From Bacteroidota bacterium (lineage in GTDB: Bacteria; Bacteroidota; Bacteroidia; Bacteroidales; VadinHA17), in contig JBAXXU010000004.1 of assembly GCA_037127735.1 (NCBI GenBank), positions 786 through 64,785 on the forward strand: a DNA stretch of 64,000 bases, written 5' to 3'. A program made the translations under genes and the position numbers. Below are positions 1 through 9,497 of this stretch, in pieces; the first letter of the stretch is position 1, and every line of letters starts with the position of its first letter. The notes under the pieces were generated by a model. The model made no database searches, was not told the origin of the DNA, and worked only from the letters and a program-made list of their open reading frames with translations.

Positions 1-1587
1 ATAGTTACAAAGCTTATCCCGGGCACTTATAACTTTACGGTTACCATAGCATCCGGATGTACTTCACTTGCATCATCCACAGTTGTTATCGACACACCAA
101 CGGGAATTCCGGCTACGCCAACATTGGGCACAATCACTCAGCCTACCTGTGCATTAGCAACCGGAAGCGTAATATTGAATGATTTACCAGCCGGTGACTG
201 GACTATTAATCCGGGAACAATAACAGGTTCAACTGCAAGCACAACAATCACAGGTTTAGCTGCAAATACTTATAACTTTACCGTTACCAATGCAGAAGGG
301 TGTACTTCGGTAGCATCAACCGATGTTCTTATCAATGTAGCGCCGGAAGCGCCAACAGCGCCTACTTGTACTGTTGCTGATCCAACATGTACCACTACCG
401 GAACTATCGCCATTACCTCTGCTACTGCCGGGCTCACCTTTAGTCTCGACGGAACAGCATATACAGCTTATCCGGCAGGTGGATTCATTTCAGTAGCTGC
501 GGGACCTCATACACTGACAGCACAAAATACCGGTAATTGTTTATCTGCCGTCACCAACGTAACAGTAAATGCACAAATAATTATTTCGGACAACTATACT
601 AAAGAACTATCTGATTATAAAGGTTTTAATATAAGTTGTCATGGTCAATCCAACGGATTTATCAGGATAAATCCTTCGGCTGAATTAGCTACCTACACGT
701 TTACCTGGAGTGGTCCGCGAGGCTTTACAGCTTCAACAAAAGATATCTCAGAACTGATTGCCGGACAATATACTCTGTTAATCACCGACAATAATTTGTG
801 CACCTGGGAAGAAACAATTAAGCTGTCTGAACCCGAACCACTCAGTATGACATTTGATCCATCACTCAGCCCTGCAGGAGGGTTCAATATCAGCTGTGCC
901 GGTTCAAAAACAGGGTCTGTTACTGTTTCGGCCCAAAATTATGCAGGTACGGTCGATTATCGGTGGGCTGATGGTGTTACGGGAAATTCAAGAACAGATC
1001 TTTCCGCTGGTATTTATACAATAATAATAACAGATTCAAATAATTGTAATGCTGATTCAACCGTAACTTTAACTGAGCCCGATGCACTAAAACTTGCCTT
1101 CGACATTACTGAACCATTCTGCCCCGATAAGGCTGATGGAGAAATCAGATTGACTGTCACGGGAGGAGTCCCTGGCAACGATTATATATATAAGTGGTCA
1201 GATAATTCTACCGATAAAAATATTTCAAATATTGCTTCAGGAACTTACAAAGTGACTGTTACTGATATGAACGGATGTTCAATAAATAATTCCACAGAAG
1301 TTAATTCCGTAAACAAAATTTGTCTTATTATTCCTGACGCGATATCACCTAATGATGACCTTATTAATGATGTTTGGAATATAAGCAATGCAAATCTGTA
1401 CCCACAGATTGAAATCACGGTTTACAACAGATGGGGACAATCTGTTTGGATATCAGAACAAGGTTATCCACTTCCCTGGGATGGAAGAAGCAATGGCGAA
1501 AAATTGCCTTTAGACTCATACCATTATGCTATTGAACTGAATAACGGATCAAAACCATTTGTCGGAACTATAACAATAGTCAGATAG
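1..1587 (+). CDS. SprB-repeat cell-surface protein with T9SS type B C-terminal sorting domain (5-prime partial)
   Basis: Frame 1 is open from base 1, so the gene starts upstream of the window. It has repeated Cys-containing SprB-type repeats (NISCHGQSNGFIRI, NISCAGSKTGSVTV, FCPDKADGEIRLTVTGGVPGNDYIYKWSD). The C-terminus (IPDAISPNDDLINDVW...VYNRWGQSVW...PWDGRSNGEKLPLDSYHY) matches the gliding-motility / T9SS type B CTD. Confidence 0.85.
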   Translation: MVTKLIPGTYNFTVTIASGCTSLASSTVVIDTPTGIPATPTLGTITQPTCALATGSVILNDLPAGDWTINPGTITGSTASTTITGLAANTYNFTVTNAEGCTSVASTDVLINVAPEAPTAPTCTVADPTCTTTGTIAITSATAGLTFSLDGTAYTAYPAGGFISVAAGPHTLTAQNTGNCLSAVTNVTVNAQIIISDNYTKELSDYKGFNISCHGQSNGFIRINPSAELATYTFTWSGPRGFTASTKDISELIAGQYTLLITDNNLCTWEETIKLSEPEPLSMTFDPSLSPAGGFNISCAGSKTGSVTVSAQNYAGTVDYRWADGVTGNSRTDLSAGIYTIIITDSNNCNADSTVTLTEPDALKLAFDITEPFCPDKADGEIRLTVTGGVPGNDYIYKWSDNSTDKNISNIASGTYKVTVTDMNGCSINNSTEVNSVNKICLIIPDAISPNDDLINDVWNISNANLYPQIEITVYNRWGQSVWISEQGYPLPWDGRSNGEKLPLDSYHYAIELNNGSKPFVGTITIVR

Positions 1588-1607
1588 AAATAAGAATTTA
1601 AATAGTT

Positions 1608-2606
1608 ATGAAAAGGTTGATATACATATTATTTTTTGTTTTTTTTGAGCAGATATTATTTGCCCAGCAGTTGCCTTTATATAGTCAGTATCTTTATAAC
1701 AAATTTCTGATTAATCCTGCACATGCAGGCAGCGATGGATATACAAGCTTTAACATTACTGCGCGGGAACAATGGATCGGTTATTCCGGAGCGCCAAGAA
1801 CTTATTCCATCAGCTTTCAGACCAGGATACTCAAAGGAAGTTATAAACTTAAAACGAATATTTTAAACCGGACTATTTACAGGCCAAAAACTGATGGGAA
1901 GGTAGGCTTTGGTGGCTATGTTTTCAGTGATAAGAACGGACTTATTCAAAGAACAGGCTTCCAGACTTCCTACTCCTATCATATGTGGCTTCAGGACTAT
2001 ACCCAACTATCGTTGGGACTTGCTCTTACCGGTTACTACTTTACTGTTAATGTAAATGAGACAAATTTTGAAGATCAAAATGAACCATGGTTAAATGATA
2101 ATTTACGCAGGGGAATATTTGTTCCTAATGCTGACTTTGGAATTTATCTTTTAAATCCCAGATTCGACTTTGGTTTTTCCGCTCAACAATTATTTGGTTC
2201 GTCTGTAAAAATGGGCGCTTACGCTTACCGAAATTACAAAATGTACAGGCACTATTACATATTTGGATCATATAGTTTTACTTCAGGAATTAAAACTGAA
2301 ATCGAACCTACAATACTTCTGAAGATGTCGGAACAGCTTATGCCACAAGCTGATATTGGTTTGACTTATATCTACGATCAGAATTTCTGGGCAGGATTAT
2401 CCTACAGAACGAGCGGAGCTTTAATAGCTAACATCAGGTTTAAATATGTCCCTGATTGGTTTAAAATGACAACTATGTTTTTTGGGTATGCTTTCGATTT
2501 TACATCCAACAAGATACAGAGCGCCACCTATGGGACCCATGAACTGACTATTGCATTGAAATTTGGTGATAGTTCAAGAAAGTACAGGTGGTTAGATCGT
2601 TTCTGA
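1608..2606 (+). CDS. PorP/SprF family type IX secretion system membrane protein
   Basis: The N-terminus has a signal peptide followed by QQLPLYSQYLYNKFLINPAHAG, the hallmark of PorP/SprF. It lies directly downstream of a type B CTD cargo gene. Confidence 0.85.
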   Translation: MKRLIYILFFVFFEQILFAQQLPLYSQYLYNKFLINPAHAGSDGYTSFNITAREQWIGYSGAPRTYSISFQTRILKGSYKLKTNILNRTIYRPKTDGKVGFGGYVFSDKNGLIQRTGFQTSYSYHMWLQDYTQLSLGLALTGYYFTVNVNETNFEDQNEPWLNDNLRRGIFVPNADFGIYLLNPRFDFGFSAQQLFGSSVKMGAYAYRNYKMYRHYYIFGSYSFTSGIKTEIEPTILLKMSEQLMPQADIGLTYIYDQNFWAGLSYRTSGALIANIRFKYVPDWFKMTTMFFGYAFDFTSNKIQSATYGTHELTIALKFGDSSRKYRWLDRF

Positions 2607-2632
2607 TCAGTCAGATAATACAATTTCCGTTG

Positions 2633-3997
2633 ATGAAATCTACTATTATTAGCTCTATTTTTGCTCTTGTATTTACAATTTCCTGTTCATCAGGAGATAG
2701 TAATCAGAATGGGCAATCCGGGAGAGAGACCAACCGGCAGAACATCTCTGATGATTCTCTGTTAACCCTTGTTCAGTATCGTACTTTTCAGTATTTCTGG
2801 GATGGAGCTGAACCTAACTCCGGAATGGCGCGGGAGAGATTTCATGTTGACGGGATTTATCCTGAAAATGATATGAATGTTGTCACGTCAGGTGGCAGCG
2901 GTTTTGGTGTGATGGCAATCCTGACAGGTATTGAAAGAGGTTTTATTACAAGAGAAGAAGGTTATACACGTTTCATCAGGATAGTAGATTTTCTTAAAAA
3001 ATCTGATAGGTTTCATGGAGCCTGGTCACATTGGATTTACGGGGAAACAGGTAAAGTAAAACCTTTCAGCCTAAAGGATAATGGCGCTGATATTGTTGAA
3101 ACAGCTTACCTCATGCAGGGTTTGCTTGCTGTAAGACAATACTTTCGCGATGGATCAGAAAAGGAAAATCTACTCGCATCAGACATTGATAAACTTTGGA
3201 GAGAGGTTGAATGGAGCTGGTTTACCAAAGGAGGAGAAGATATTTTGTACTGGCACTGGTCACCTGATTATGGATGGGATATGAACTTTGCCATCAAAGG
3301 CTATAATGAATGTCTTATACTATATATATTAGCTGCATCATCGCCAACATACCCGATACCGGCAACAGTATATCACCAGGGATGGGCAAGAAGCGGTGGA
3401 ATAAACACAATCAGTGGGAAATACGGGTATATTCTGACACTGAAACATAATGGCGCTGAGGAATATGGCGGGCCACTATTCTGGGCGCACTATTCCTACC
3501 TTGGACTTGACCCGGGAAACCTTAAAGACAAATATGCTGATTATTGGCAACAAAATAAAAATCAGACACTTATTAATTGGAAATGGTGTACTTTAAATCC
3601 CAAAAAATTCGCCGGTTACAGTAAAGACTGCTGGGGGCTTACAGCAAGTTACTCTCCGGCAGGATATGCCGCCCATTGCCCCGGCGAGATAAATGATCTG
3701 GGAGTAATTTCTCCCACAGCAGCTCTTTCTTCATTTCCATATACTCCCGACCAATCAATGAACGCTCTGAAACACTTTTATTATGTTCTTGGAAATAAAA
3801 TCTGGGGAGAATATGGTTTCTATGATGCCTTCAGTGAGCAAAATAACTGGTACCCTCAAAGATACCTTGCCATTGATCAGGGACCGGCAGTGATAATGAT
3901 AGAAAACTACAGAACAGGATTACTCTGGAATTTGTTTATGTCATGCGAGGATATTAAAAACGGATTAAAAGCTCTTGGTTTTACAACAGGTAAATGA
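2633..3997 (+). CDS. Lipoprotein, DUF3131 / GH144-like beta-1,2-glucanase family (glucoamylase-like fold)
   Basis: An internal ATG at 2633 gives a lipoprotein signal (MKSTIISSIFALVFTISCSS). The FQYFWDGAEPNSGMARERF motif and overall length are as I recall for DUF3131 proteins. The family assignment is from memory only. Confidence 0.55.
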   Translation: MKSTIISSIFALVFTISCSSGDSNQNGQSGRETNRQNISDDSLLTLVQYRTFQYFWDGAEPNSGMARERFHVDGIYPENDMNVVTSGGSGFGVMAILTGIERGFITREEGYTRFIRIVDFLKKSDRFHGAWSHWIYGETGKVKPFSLKDNGADIVETAYLMQGLLAVRQYFRDGSEKENLLASDIDKLWREVEWSWFTKGGEDILYWHWSPDYGWDMNFAIKGYNECLILYILAASSPTYPIPATVYHQGWARSGGINTISGKYGYILTLKHNGAEEYGGPLFWAHYSYLGLDPGNLKDKYADYWQQNKNQTLINWKWCTLNPKKFAGYSKDCWGLTASYSPAGYAAHCPGEINDLGVISPTAALSSFPYTPDQSMNALKHFYYVLGNKIWGEYGFYDAFSEQNNWYPQRYLAIDQGPAVIMIENYRTGLLWNLFMSCEDIKNGLKALGFTTGK

Positions 3998-4260
3998 TAA
4001 AATTGAAAGATTCAATTATCTTGCTTATGGTGCATGAAGAAAAGATCCAAGCTGGTTCCGGATTTTCAATTTTGTAACAGATAATTGATTTTTTGTGGCT
4101 CCAAAACATTTTTTTAATCATTATTTTAAGATTATTTGAATTTTGTATTGCTATGTTCCATAATTTTAATATCTTCGCACCGTAATTTTTAAACTAAAAC
4201 GATTTAATTATTAAAATCGGAATGTTATTAAATAATCAAAGAATTAAAAAGGTTAGAAAA

Positions 4261-4857
4261 ATGAAGAACAAAGTTTTAATGGGATTAGCAGCTATAGCAA
4301 TGGTTGCAGTCCTTTCTGGTTGTGGTAAAAAACCACAGGTTGAAATTGATGCAACTAATGCAGCTATTGAAGCTGCTAAAACTGCTGAAGCAGCAGTTTA
4401 TGTACCTGCTGAATTTGCAGCTGTACAGGATTCAATGACTGCTATCATGGCTGACGTTGCAGTTCAGGAAGGAAAATTATTTAAGAAATTTGGCCCTGCT
4501 AAGTTGAAATTGGAAGCTACATTGGCTCTTGCAAACAAAGTTGCTGCCAATGCTGTTGTTAAGAAAGAAGAAGTTAAAAAAGAGGTTGAGACCTCATTGA
4601 CAGAGATCAAAGCTGTTATTGAAGAGAACACAACTCTTATGAAGAAAGCTCCAAGAGGAAAAGAAGGAGCAGCTGTTCTTGAGCAGATTAAAACTGAGAT
4701 GGCTACTATCGAAGCTTCTGTTGTTGAATCACAGGGCCTGTACGATAAAGGTACCTTTATGGATGCACTAAACAAAGTTAAAGCTGCTAAAGAAAGAGCA
4801 ACCGGTATTAATACCGAACTTAAAGATGCTATTGCAAAAGTAAAAGGAAGAAAGTAA
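4261..4857 (+). CDS. Ala/Lys/Glu-rich helical lipoprotein (DUF4398-like), function unknown
   Basis: An ATG at 4261 gives a lipobox (LSGCGKK). The composition is coiled-coil-like. A strong intrinsic terminator follows. Confidence 0.6.
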   Translation: MKNKVLMGLAAIAMVAVLSGCGKKPQVEIDATNAAIEAAKTAEAAVYVPAEFAAVQDSMTAIMADVAVQEGKLFKKFGPAKLKLEATLALANKVAANAVVKKEEVKKEVETSLTEIKAVIEENTTLMKKAPRGKEGAAVLEQIKTEMATIEASVVESQGLYDKGTFMDALNKVKAAKERATGINTELKDAIAKVKGRK

Positions 4858-4886
4858 TTATTAAATACTTTCTTAATAATATAAAA

Positions 4887-4914
4887 CCCCCGGGATTTTC
4901 CCGGGGGTTTTTTT
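4887..4914 (+). terminator. Rho-independent terminator
   Basis: CCCCCGGG - ATTTT - CCCGGGGG forms a perfect 8-bp GC stem followed by TTTTTTT. It lies 30 nt after the stop at 4857. Confidence 0.85.
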
Positions 4915-4933
4915 AAAATCGTCACAGGGTTAC

Positions 4934-6046
4934 ATGAGAAAGGTTTTGAGATATGTGCTGATTTTCACTGCAATAGCAGTGTCTATTCCATTAATCGTCT
5001 TACTATTGATCCGTTTTACACCTCAACCCCCCATAGGTGAAATGGTATTTGCCAGAAAATCTTTATCTCAGGCAGGAAAAAACAAAGCAGATACATATTC
5101 TAAAAAACTTTTTGCCGAGGCGAAGATCTACTATGATTCAGCAATGGTAACCTGGCATAAAGAAAATAAAAGATTTATTCTTTCAAGAGATTACGGGAGG
5201 GTTGCCTTCTTTGCAAAGCTATCTGCAAAAAAAGCAAGTCTGGCCGGAGAAAATTCTATAAGCAGCACATCGAACCTGAAAATAAAACTGAAACAAAAAA
5301 TTGATTCTCTCAATGGTCTTATTTCTGAGAATATTGAACTTTTTACAACATATCCACTATCCTCTGAAACGCGAAATCGTATTTCTAAAGGAAAGATGTT
5401 GCTTAAAGAGGCTGAAATAGCATATAAAAAAGGGCAATATATGCAGGCTGACAGAAAATTAACTGATTCTGAATATCTGCTTACCGCATCATATAATTAT
5501 GCAACTGCAAACCTTAAAAACTATTTCAAATCATTCTCAATATGGAAGAAATGGGCTGACAAAACAATAAATGAATCGAAAAAAAATACTGATTATTCAA
5601 TAATTATTGATAAATTTTCACGAAAATGTTTTGTCTATCTTAATGGTAATAAAAAGTACGAATTTGATGCCGAATTGGGTAAAAACTGGGTTGGCGATAA
5701 AAGAGTCAGAGGAGATAAAGCTACACCGGAGGGAATGTATAAGATAACAAGAAAATTCGATGGGCGTAAGACTAAATACTATAAAGCCCTGTTACTTGAC
5801 TATCCAAACGATGAAGATAAAGAAAATTTTAAATCCGAGATAGAGCATGGCTCCTTACCAAAGTCTGCAAAGATAGGAGGTTTAATAGAAATACATGGCA
5901 ACGGTGGAAAAGGGATTGACTGGACTGAAGGGTGTATAGCCCTCACTGACAAAGAGATGGATGTGGTATTCAAAATTACGAAAGCAGGCACTCCTGTTAC
6001 AATCGTTGGATCGATGGTTGATCTTAAATATGTCGTGAACAGATAA
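4934..6046 (+). CDS. L,D-transpeptidase (YkuD domain) with N-terminal helical DUF4398-like region
   Basis: The C-terminal motif is GGLIEIHGNGGKGIDWTEGCIALTDKEMD (the H...G.C catalytic signature of YkuD). There is an N-terminal TM helix. Confidence 0.75.
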   Translation: MRKVLRYVLIFTAIAVSIPLIVLLLIRFTPQPPIGEMVFARKSLSQAGKNKADTYSKKLFAEAKIYYDSAMVTWHKENKRFILSRDYGRVAFFAKLSAKKASLAGENSISSTSNLKIKLKQKIDSLNGLISENIELFTTYPLSSETRNRISKGKMLLKEAEIAYKKGQYMQADRKLTDSEYLLTASYNYATANLKNYFKSFSIWKKWADKTINESKKNTDYSIIIDKFSRKCFVYLNGNKKYEFDAELGKNWVGDKRVRGDKATPEGMYKITRKFDGRKTKYYKALLLDYPNDEDKENFKSEIEHGSLPKSAKIGGLIEIHGNGGKGIDWTEGCIALTDKEMDVVFKITKAGTPVTIVGSMVDLKYVVNR

Positions 6047-6056
6047 ATTATCTGAT

Positions 6057-6797
6057 ATGGAAAATGACAAGATAATAATTGAAGATCCTCAGCCCGAAAT
6101 AGAGAAAAGGACACGCAATAAAATTCTTCCGGTTTTACACAGTCTCCTTATTGTCTTTGTTTCAATTCTTTCTGTTTTTTTCATTATTTTCTTCATACTT
6201 TACCTTGTCCCGGCACTTCAGGAAATGGTATCTGATCAGAAAACAGAAGTAACAAACAATAAGAAATTGAAACAAGATGCTGCCTATAAAAAGAAGATTA
6301 ACCTGATGGCCCATGAAATAGAGAGGCTTTCAGGCAAATATAATGGCTATACCACCGGGCAATCATATATCGTTATTAATACTACCGATAACAAATTTTC
6401 CCTTTATAAAAATAAAAAACTTATAAGGGGAGGACATTGCAGTACAGGCAAATTATTGAATCTTAAAACGGAAAAGGGCAGGTCGTGGGTATTTAAAACC
6501 CCTAAAGGAAAGAGATCGATTCAGGGAAAAAGAACAAATCCGGCGTGGCATAAACCTGACTGGGCATTTATTGAAGAAGGAGTCCCGGTCCCTCCAAAGG
6601 ATTCTCCGTTGAGATGGGAAGCTAATGTTTTAGGTGATTATGCATTGGATATTGGAGATAGCTACATGATTCATGGAACAATATATAAACGCTTAATGGG
6701 GATGCCGGTCACACACGGCTGTGTTCGTCTCTATGATGAAGATCTTGAGGTCGTTTATAACACGTTAAGTATTGGCTCGAAAGTATATATTTTCTGA
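6057..6797 (+). CDS. L,D-transpeptidase (YkuD domain), membrane anchored
   Basis: YMIHGT...GMPVTHGCVRLYDEDLEVVY is the YkuD catalytic His/Cys motif. There is one N-terminal TM helix. Confidence 0.8.
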   Translation: MENDKIIIEDPQPEIEKRTRNKILPVLHSLLIVFVSILSVFFIIFFILYLVPALQEMVSDQKTEVTNNKKLKQDAAYKKKINLMAHEIERLSGKYNGYTTGQSYIVINTTDNKFSLYKNKKLIRGGHCSTGKLLNLKTEKGRSWVFKTPKGKRSIQGKRTNPAWHKPDWAFIEEGVPVPPKDSPLRWEANVLGDYALDIGDSYMIHGTIYKRLMGMPVTHGCVRLYDEDLEVVYNTLSIGSKVYIF

Positions 6798-6813
6798 TCT
6801 GATAAATAAAACC

Positions 6814-7611
6814 ATGAAAACTGAAATTATCAATCACAGATCTGGCTTACAAATTACTTTCATTATACTGATAATTATTATTGCTGCATTTCTGATTTAT
6901 TACTCAGTGATGTCAGTGTTAGGTCCGGCTAAAAAGATGGAAGCACTAATTAATGAATTTGGTGCCAAAACTACACAAAACCCTATTGATGAAGCCATTA
7001 TTTCAGATTCAACATATCTCTCATTACTTAGGGAGAAATCATTTCTCCAGTCAAGAGTCGTTATGGCAGGAACCGATTCAATATATATTACTATCAGTTT
7101 ACCCGACAGTACGGTTAATGTTGAGATCAGTGGAGTAACTGTTCATACTTCAAAAATTAACGATTTTAAGATAAGCAGTATCCTTGAAGAAGGAAATAAG
7201 AACATAATACTATCGATGTTTGGTGCTCCCTTATCAATTGTAAATGACTATTCCACAATTAGAAAGGAGCCCGTTCTGATCAAGATGGCACCAAAAGATA
7301 CTTCTGAATATATACCTGATGTTATGCCCGATACATCTATCACGGAGCCCGTCAATTATATACTTGAAATGACCCACGGAATCAGGATCTACGTTCACCA
7401 GTCTGAAACTGAAAATTTTAGTGGTAAGTTGAATCTATTCTGGTTCGACACCAGATATCTGTTGCATGATACATGGAGGGAATTAAAGGATATAGTTGCT
7501 TTTAAAATACCTGAATATCATCCATTTATTAAGATACATCTTCCACGAGCCGATGCTAAAATAATCTACCGGGCCCTTCCCCGATACGGCCAAATAGGTA
7601 TGTACAAGTAA
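6814..7611 (+). CDS. Membrane-anchored hypothetical protein
   Basis: The ORF is in the same orientation as and contiguous with the two L,D-transpeptidase genes. An ATG at 6814 is followed by a TM helix (LQITFIILIIIIAAFLIYY). I recognise no motif. Confidence 0.5.
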   Translation: MKTEIINHRSGLQITFIILIIIIAAFLIYYSVMSVLGPAKKMEALINEFGAKTTQNPIDEAIISDSTYLSLLREKSFLQSRVVMAGTDSIYITISLPDSTVNVEISGVTVHTSKINDFKISSILEEGNKNIILSMFGAPLSIVNDYSTIRKEPVLIKMAPKDTSEYIPDVMPDTSITEPVNYILEMTHGIRIYVHQSETENFSGKLNLFWFDTRYLLHDTWRELKDIVAFKIPEYHPFIKIHLPRADAKIIYRALPRYGQIGMYK

Positions 7612-7662
7612 ATGTAAATTTCTTTTTTTCGAAAATACCTGGTTACTTGTTAAAAAAAAATG

Positions 7663-7670
7663 TAGGTTTG
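7663..7670 (+). promoter_or_regulatory. Candidate Bacteroidota -7 promoter box (TAGGTTTG)
   Basis: Matches TAnnTTTG about 32 nt upstream of the nupC-like start. Confidence 0.35.
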
Positions 7671-7701
7671 ATGAAGACTTTTTTATTTAATCGGAACTTA
7701 C

Positions 7702-8979
7702 ATGGGAAGATTTACTGGTGTTATCGGAATAATTATTATTCTCGCACTTGCATTTTTGTGGTCAAACAACCGGAAAAAAATTAATTACCGGCTTGTAATT
7801 ACCGGTCTGATTTTGCAGATCACTCTTGCAATCTTTATTCTTAAGGTCCCCATCGGTCAGGATATTTTCTTTTGGTTGGGGAAAGCTATTAATAAGCTTT
7901 TGGACTTTTCAAAAGAAGGTGGTCTTTTCGTCTTCGGAGATCTCACAAAAGTCACTCAGATACTCCCCGAAGGCATCGTGAAAAGTGGCGTCTTTCTCTT
8001 CATATTACTTCCAACGATAATCTTCGTCTGCGTTCTGGTTGCCATTGCTTATCATATTGGTTTGATGCAGAGGGTTATAGCAGTAATTGCACGATTTGTA
8101 CATTGGGCGATGAGAGTAAGTGGTAGCGAGGCTTTATCGAATGTCGCCAGCGCTTTTGTCGGTCAGGTGGAAGCCCAGATTATGATTCGTCCATATCTTT
8201 CAGGCATGACAATGTCGGAACTGCTTGCTTCCATGACCGGAAGTATGGCATGTATTGCCGGTGGTGTAATGGCTGTATATATTTCAATGGGGGTCCCGGC
8301 ATCATATCTTCTTGCAGCAAGTTTGATGGCTGCCCCCGGGGCGCTGGTCATTTCAAAAATCGTCTTCCCCGAAACTGAAGAATCAGAGACAAAAGGGAAA
8401 GTAAAACTTGAAGTGAAAAAGGAACATTCAAATATTATGGATGCTATTTCAGCCGGCGCCAGCGATGGCATGAAGATCTCTATTAATGTCATTGCAATGC
8501 TCATAGGAGTTATTGCTCTTATAGCTTTTGTCGATGCCCTTCTGGGATACTTCGGCCACTTTCTTTCCTGGACAGGTTTGTCTCTCAATGCATTAGGTCT
8601 GAATGTTGATAACCTTCGCCTGAAAGACGTTGTCGGAGCATTCTTCAGCCTTTTTGCAATTGTAATGGGAGTTCCACCCTCTGAATCACTGCATGTTGGT
8701 TCATTAATGGGGACAAAAATGGTAATTAACGAGTTTGTTGCCTATTCCGACCTCTCTCCAATGATACAACAGGGTCTGTTAAGTGCAAAATCAGTTGTGA
8801 TTGCAAGTTTTGCCCTATGCGGATTCGCCAATTTCAGCTCAATAGCTATCCAACTCGGGGGCATCGGAGTTTTGGTGCCAAACCGTAAAGCCGACCTTGC
8901 AAGACTGGGATTTAAAGCAATGCTTTGCGGAACAATGGCTTCATATATTTCTGCTTCCCTGGCCGGAATACTGTTATAA
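7702..8979 (+). CDS. nupC: NupC/NupG-family concentrative nucleoside transporter
   Basis: 425-aa polytopic membrane protein. The N-terminus (GVIGIIIILALAFLWSNNRKKINYRLV) and internal segments (SEALSNVASAFVGQVEAQIMIRPY, GFANFSSIAIQLGG) are typical of CNT/NupC. Confidence 0.8.
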   Translation: MGRFTGVIGIIIILALAFLWSNNRKKINYRLVITGLILQITLAIFILKVPIGQDIFFWLGKAINKLLDFSKEGGLFVFGDLTKVTQILPEGIVKSGVFLFILLPTIIFVCVLVAIAYHIGLMQRVIAVIARFVHWAMRVSGSEALSNVASAFVGQVEAQIMIRPYLSGMTMSELLASMTGSMACIAGGVMAVYISMGVPASYLLAASLMAAPGALVISKIVFPETEESETKGKVKLEVKKEHSNIMDAISAGASDGMKISINVIAMLIGVIALIAFVDALLGYFGHFLSWTGLSLNALGLNVDNLRLKDVVGAFFSLFAIVMGVPPSESLHVGSLMGTKMVINEFVAYSDLSPMIQQGLLSAKSVVIASFALCGFANFSSIAIQLGGIGVLVPNRKADLARLGFKAMLCGTMASYISASLAGILL

Positions 8980-9159
8980 TCCCCGTTAAATTATTTGTGA
9001 ATACCTTTCACCGGTTGAGAAAACTTCCAATGTAAGTTTAGAAAATCTGTAATATCACGGTCATACCATGGCATGACACTAATTTTAATAATGATACAAA
9101 CAAATTGATTTACTGATAAAATACCCGGTTATACTTAGGTAACGTCACAATCTGTTGAT

Positions 9160-9167
9160 TACTTTTG
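9160..9167 (+). promoter_or_regulatory. Candidate -7 promoter box (TACTTTTG) for the PqqD/ATP-grasp cluster
   Basis: Matches TAnnTTTG 85 nt upstream of ATG 9253. Confidence 0.3.
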
Positions 9168-9252
9168 TTTGGGATTCTGTCAGATATTATGTTTGTTCAA
9201 TTTATTATTAAACTTAAAACCGGAACGTTGTCAAAACACTAAAGATATAATC

Positions 9253-9495
9253 ATGTTAATAAAAGGGAATATAGCTCTCAGCGAAAACGGATTCGTTTTC
9301 AACCCGACAACAGGCGACTCTTTCACCATGAACAATACCGGTAAAGAAGTTATAATGTTGATAAAAGAAGGTAAGAATATCAATCAGATAACCGAATTGA
9401 TGATGGAAAAATACGATGTGGATCATAATACTCTCGAAAGATATCTGTCCGATTTTGTGAATGATCTTAGTGTGAATAACCTCATGGATGAATAA
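9253..9495 (+). CDS. PqqD-family (RRE-like) small protein
   Basis: 80 aa starting from the internal ATG. FNPTTGDSFTMNNTGKEVIMLIKEGKNINQITELMMEKYDVDHNTLERYLSDFVNDL fits the PqqD pattern. The stop lies 2 nt before the ATP-grasp start. Confidence 0.7.
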   Translation: MLIKGNIALSENGFVFNPTTGDSFTMNNTGKEVIMLIKEGKNINQITELMMEKYDVDHNTLERYLSDFVNDLSVNNLMDE

Positions 9496-9497
9496 TT

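Noticed and set aside
4464-4925. 153-aa ORF antisense to the Ala-rich lipoprotein gene.
   Set aside because: GCN-rich sense codons keep the opposite strand open. It overlaps a gene with a clear lipobox and terminator. Other antisense ORFs inside well-supported genes are rejected for the same reason (693-887, 8163-8588, 10016-10237, 25619-26103, 35060-36503, 37402-37716, 46389-46955, 58254-58919, 59553-59940, 60332-60913 and similar).
9169-9252. N-terminal extension of the PqqD-like ORF (MGFCQILCLFNLLLNLKPERCQNTKDII), considered as a leader peptide or longer protein.
   Set aside because: PqqD-family proteins are about 80-95 aa, and the homologous region starts at the internal ATG 9253. The extension has a hydrophobic, random-looking composition and overlaps the predicted promoter-to-start region.
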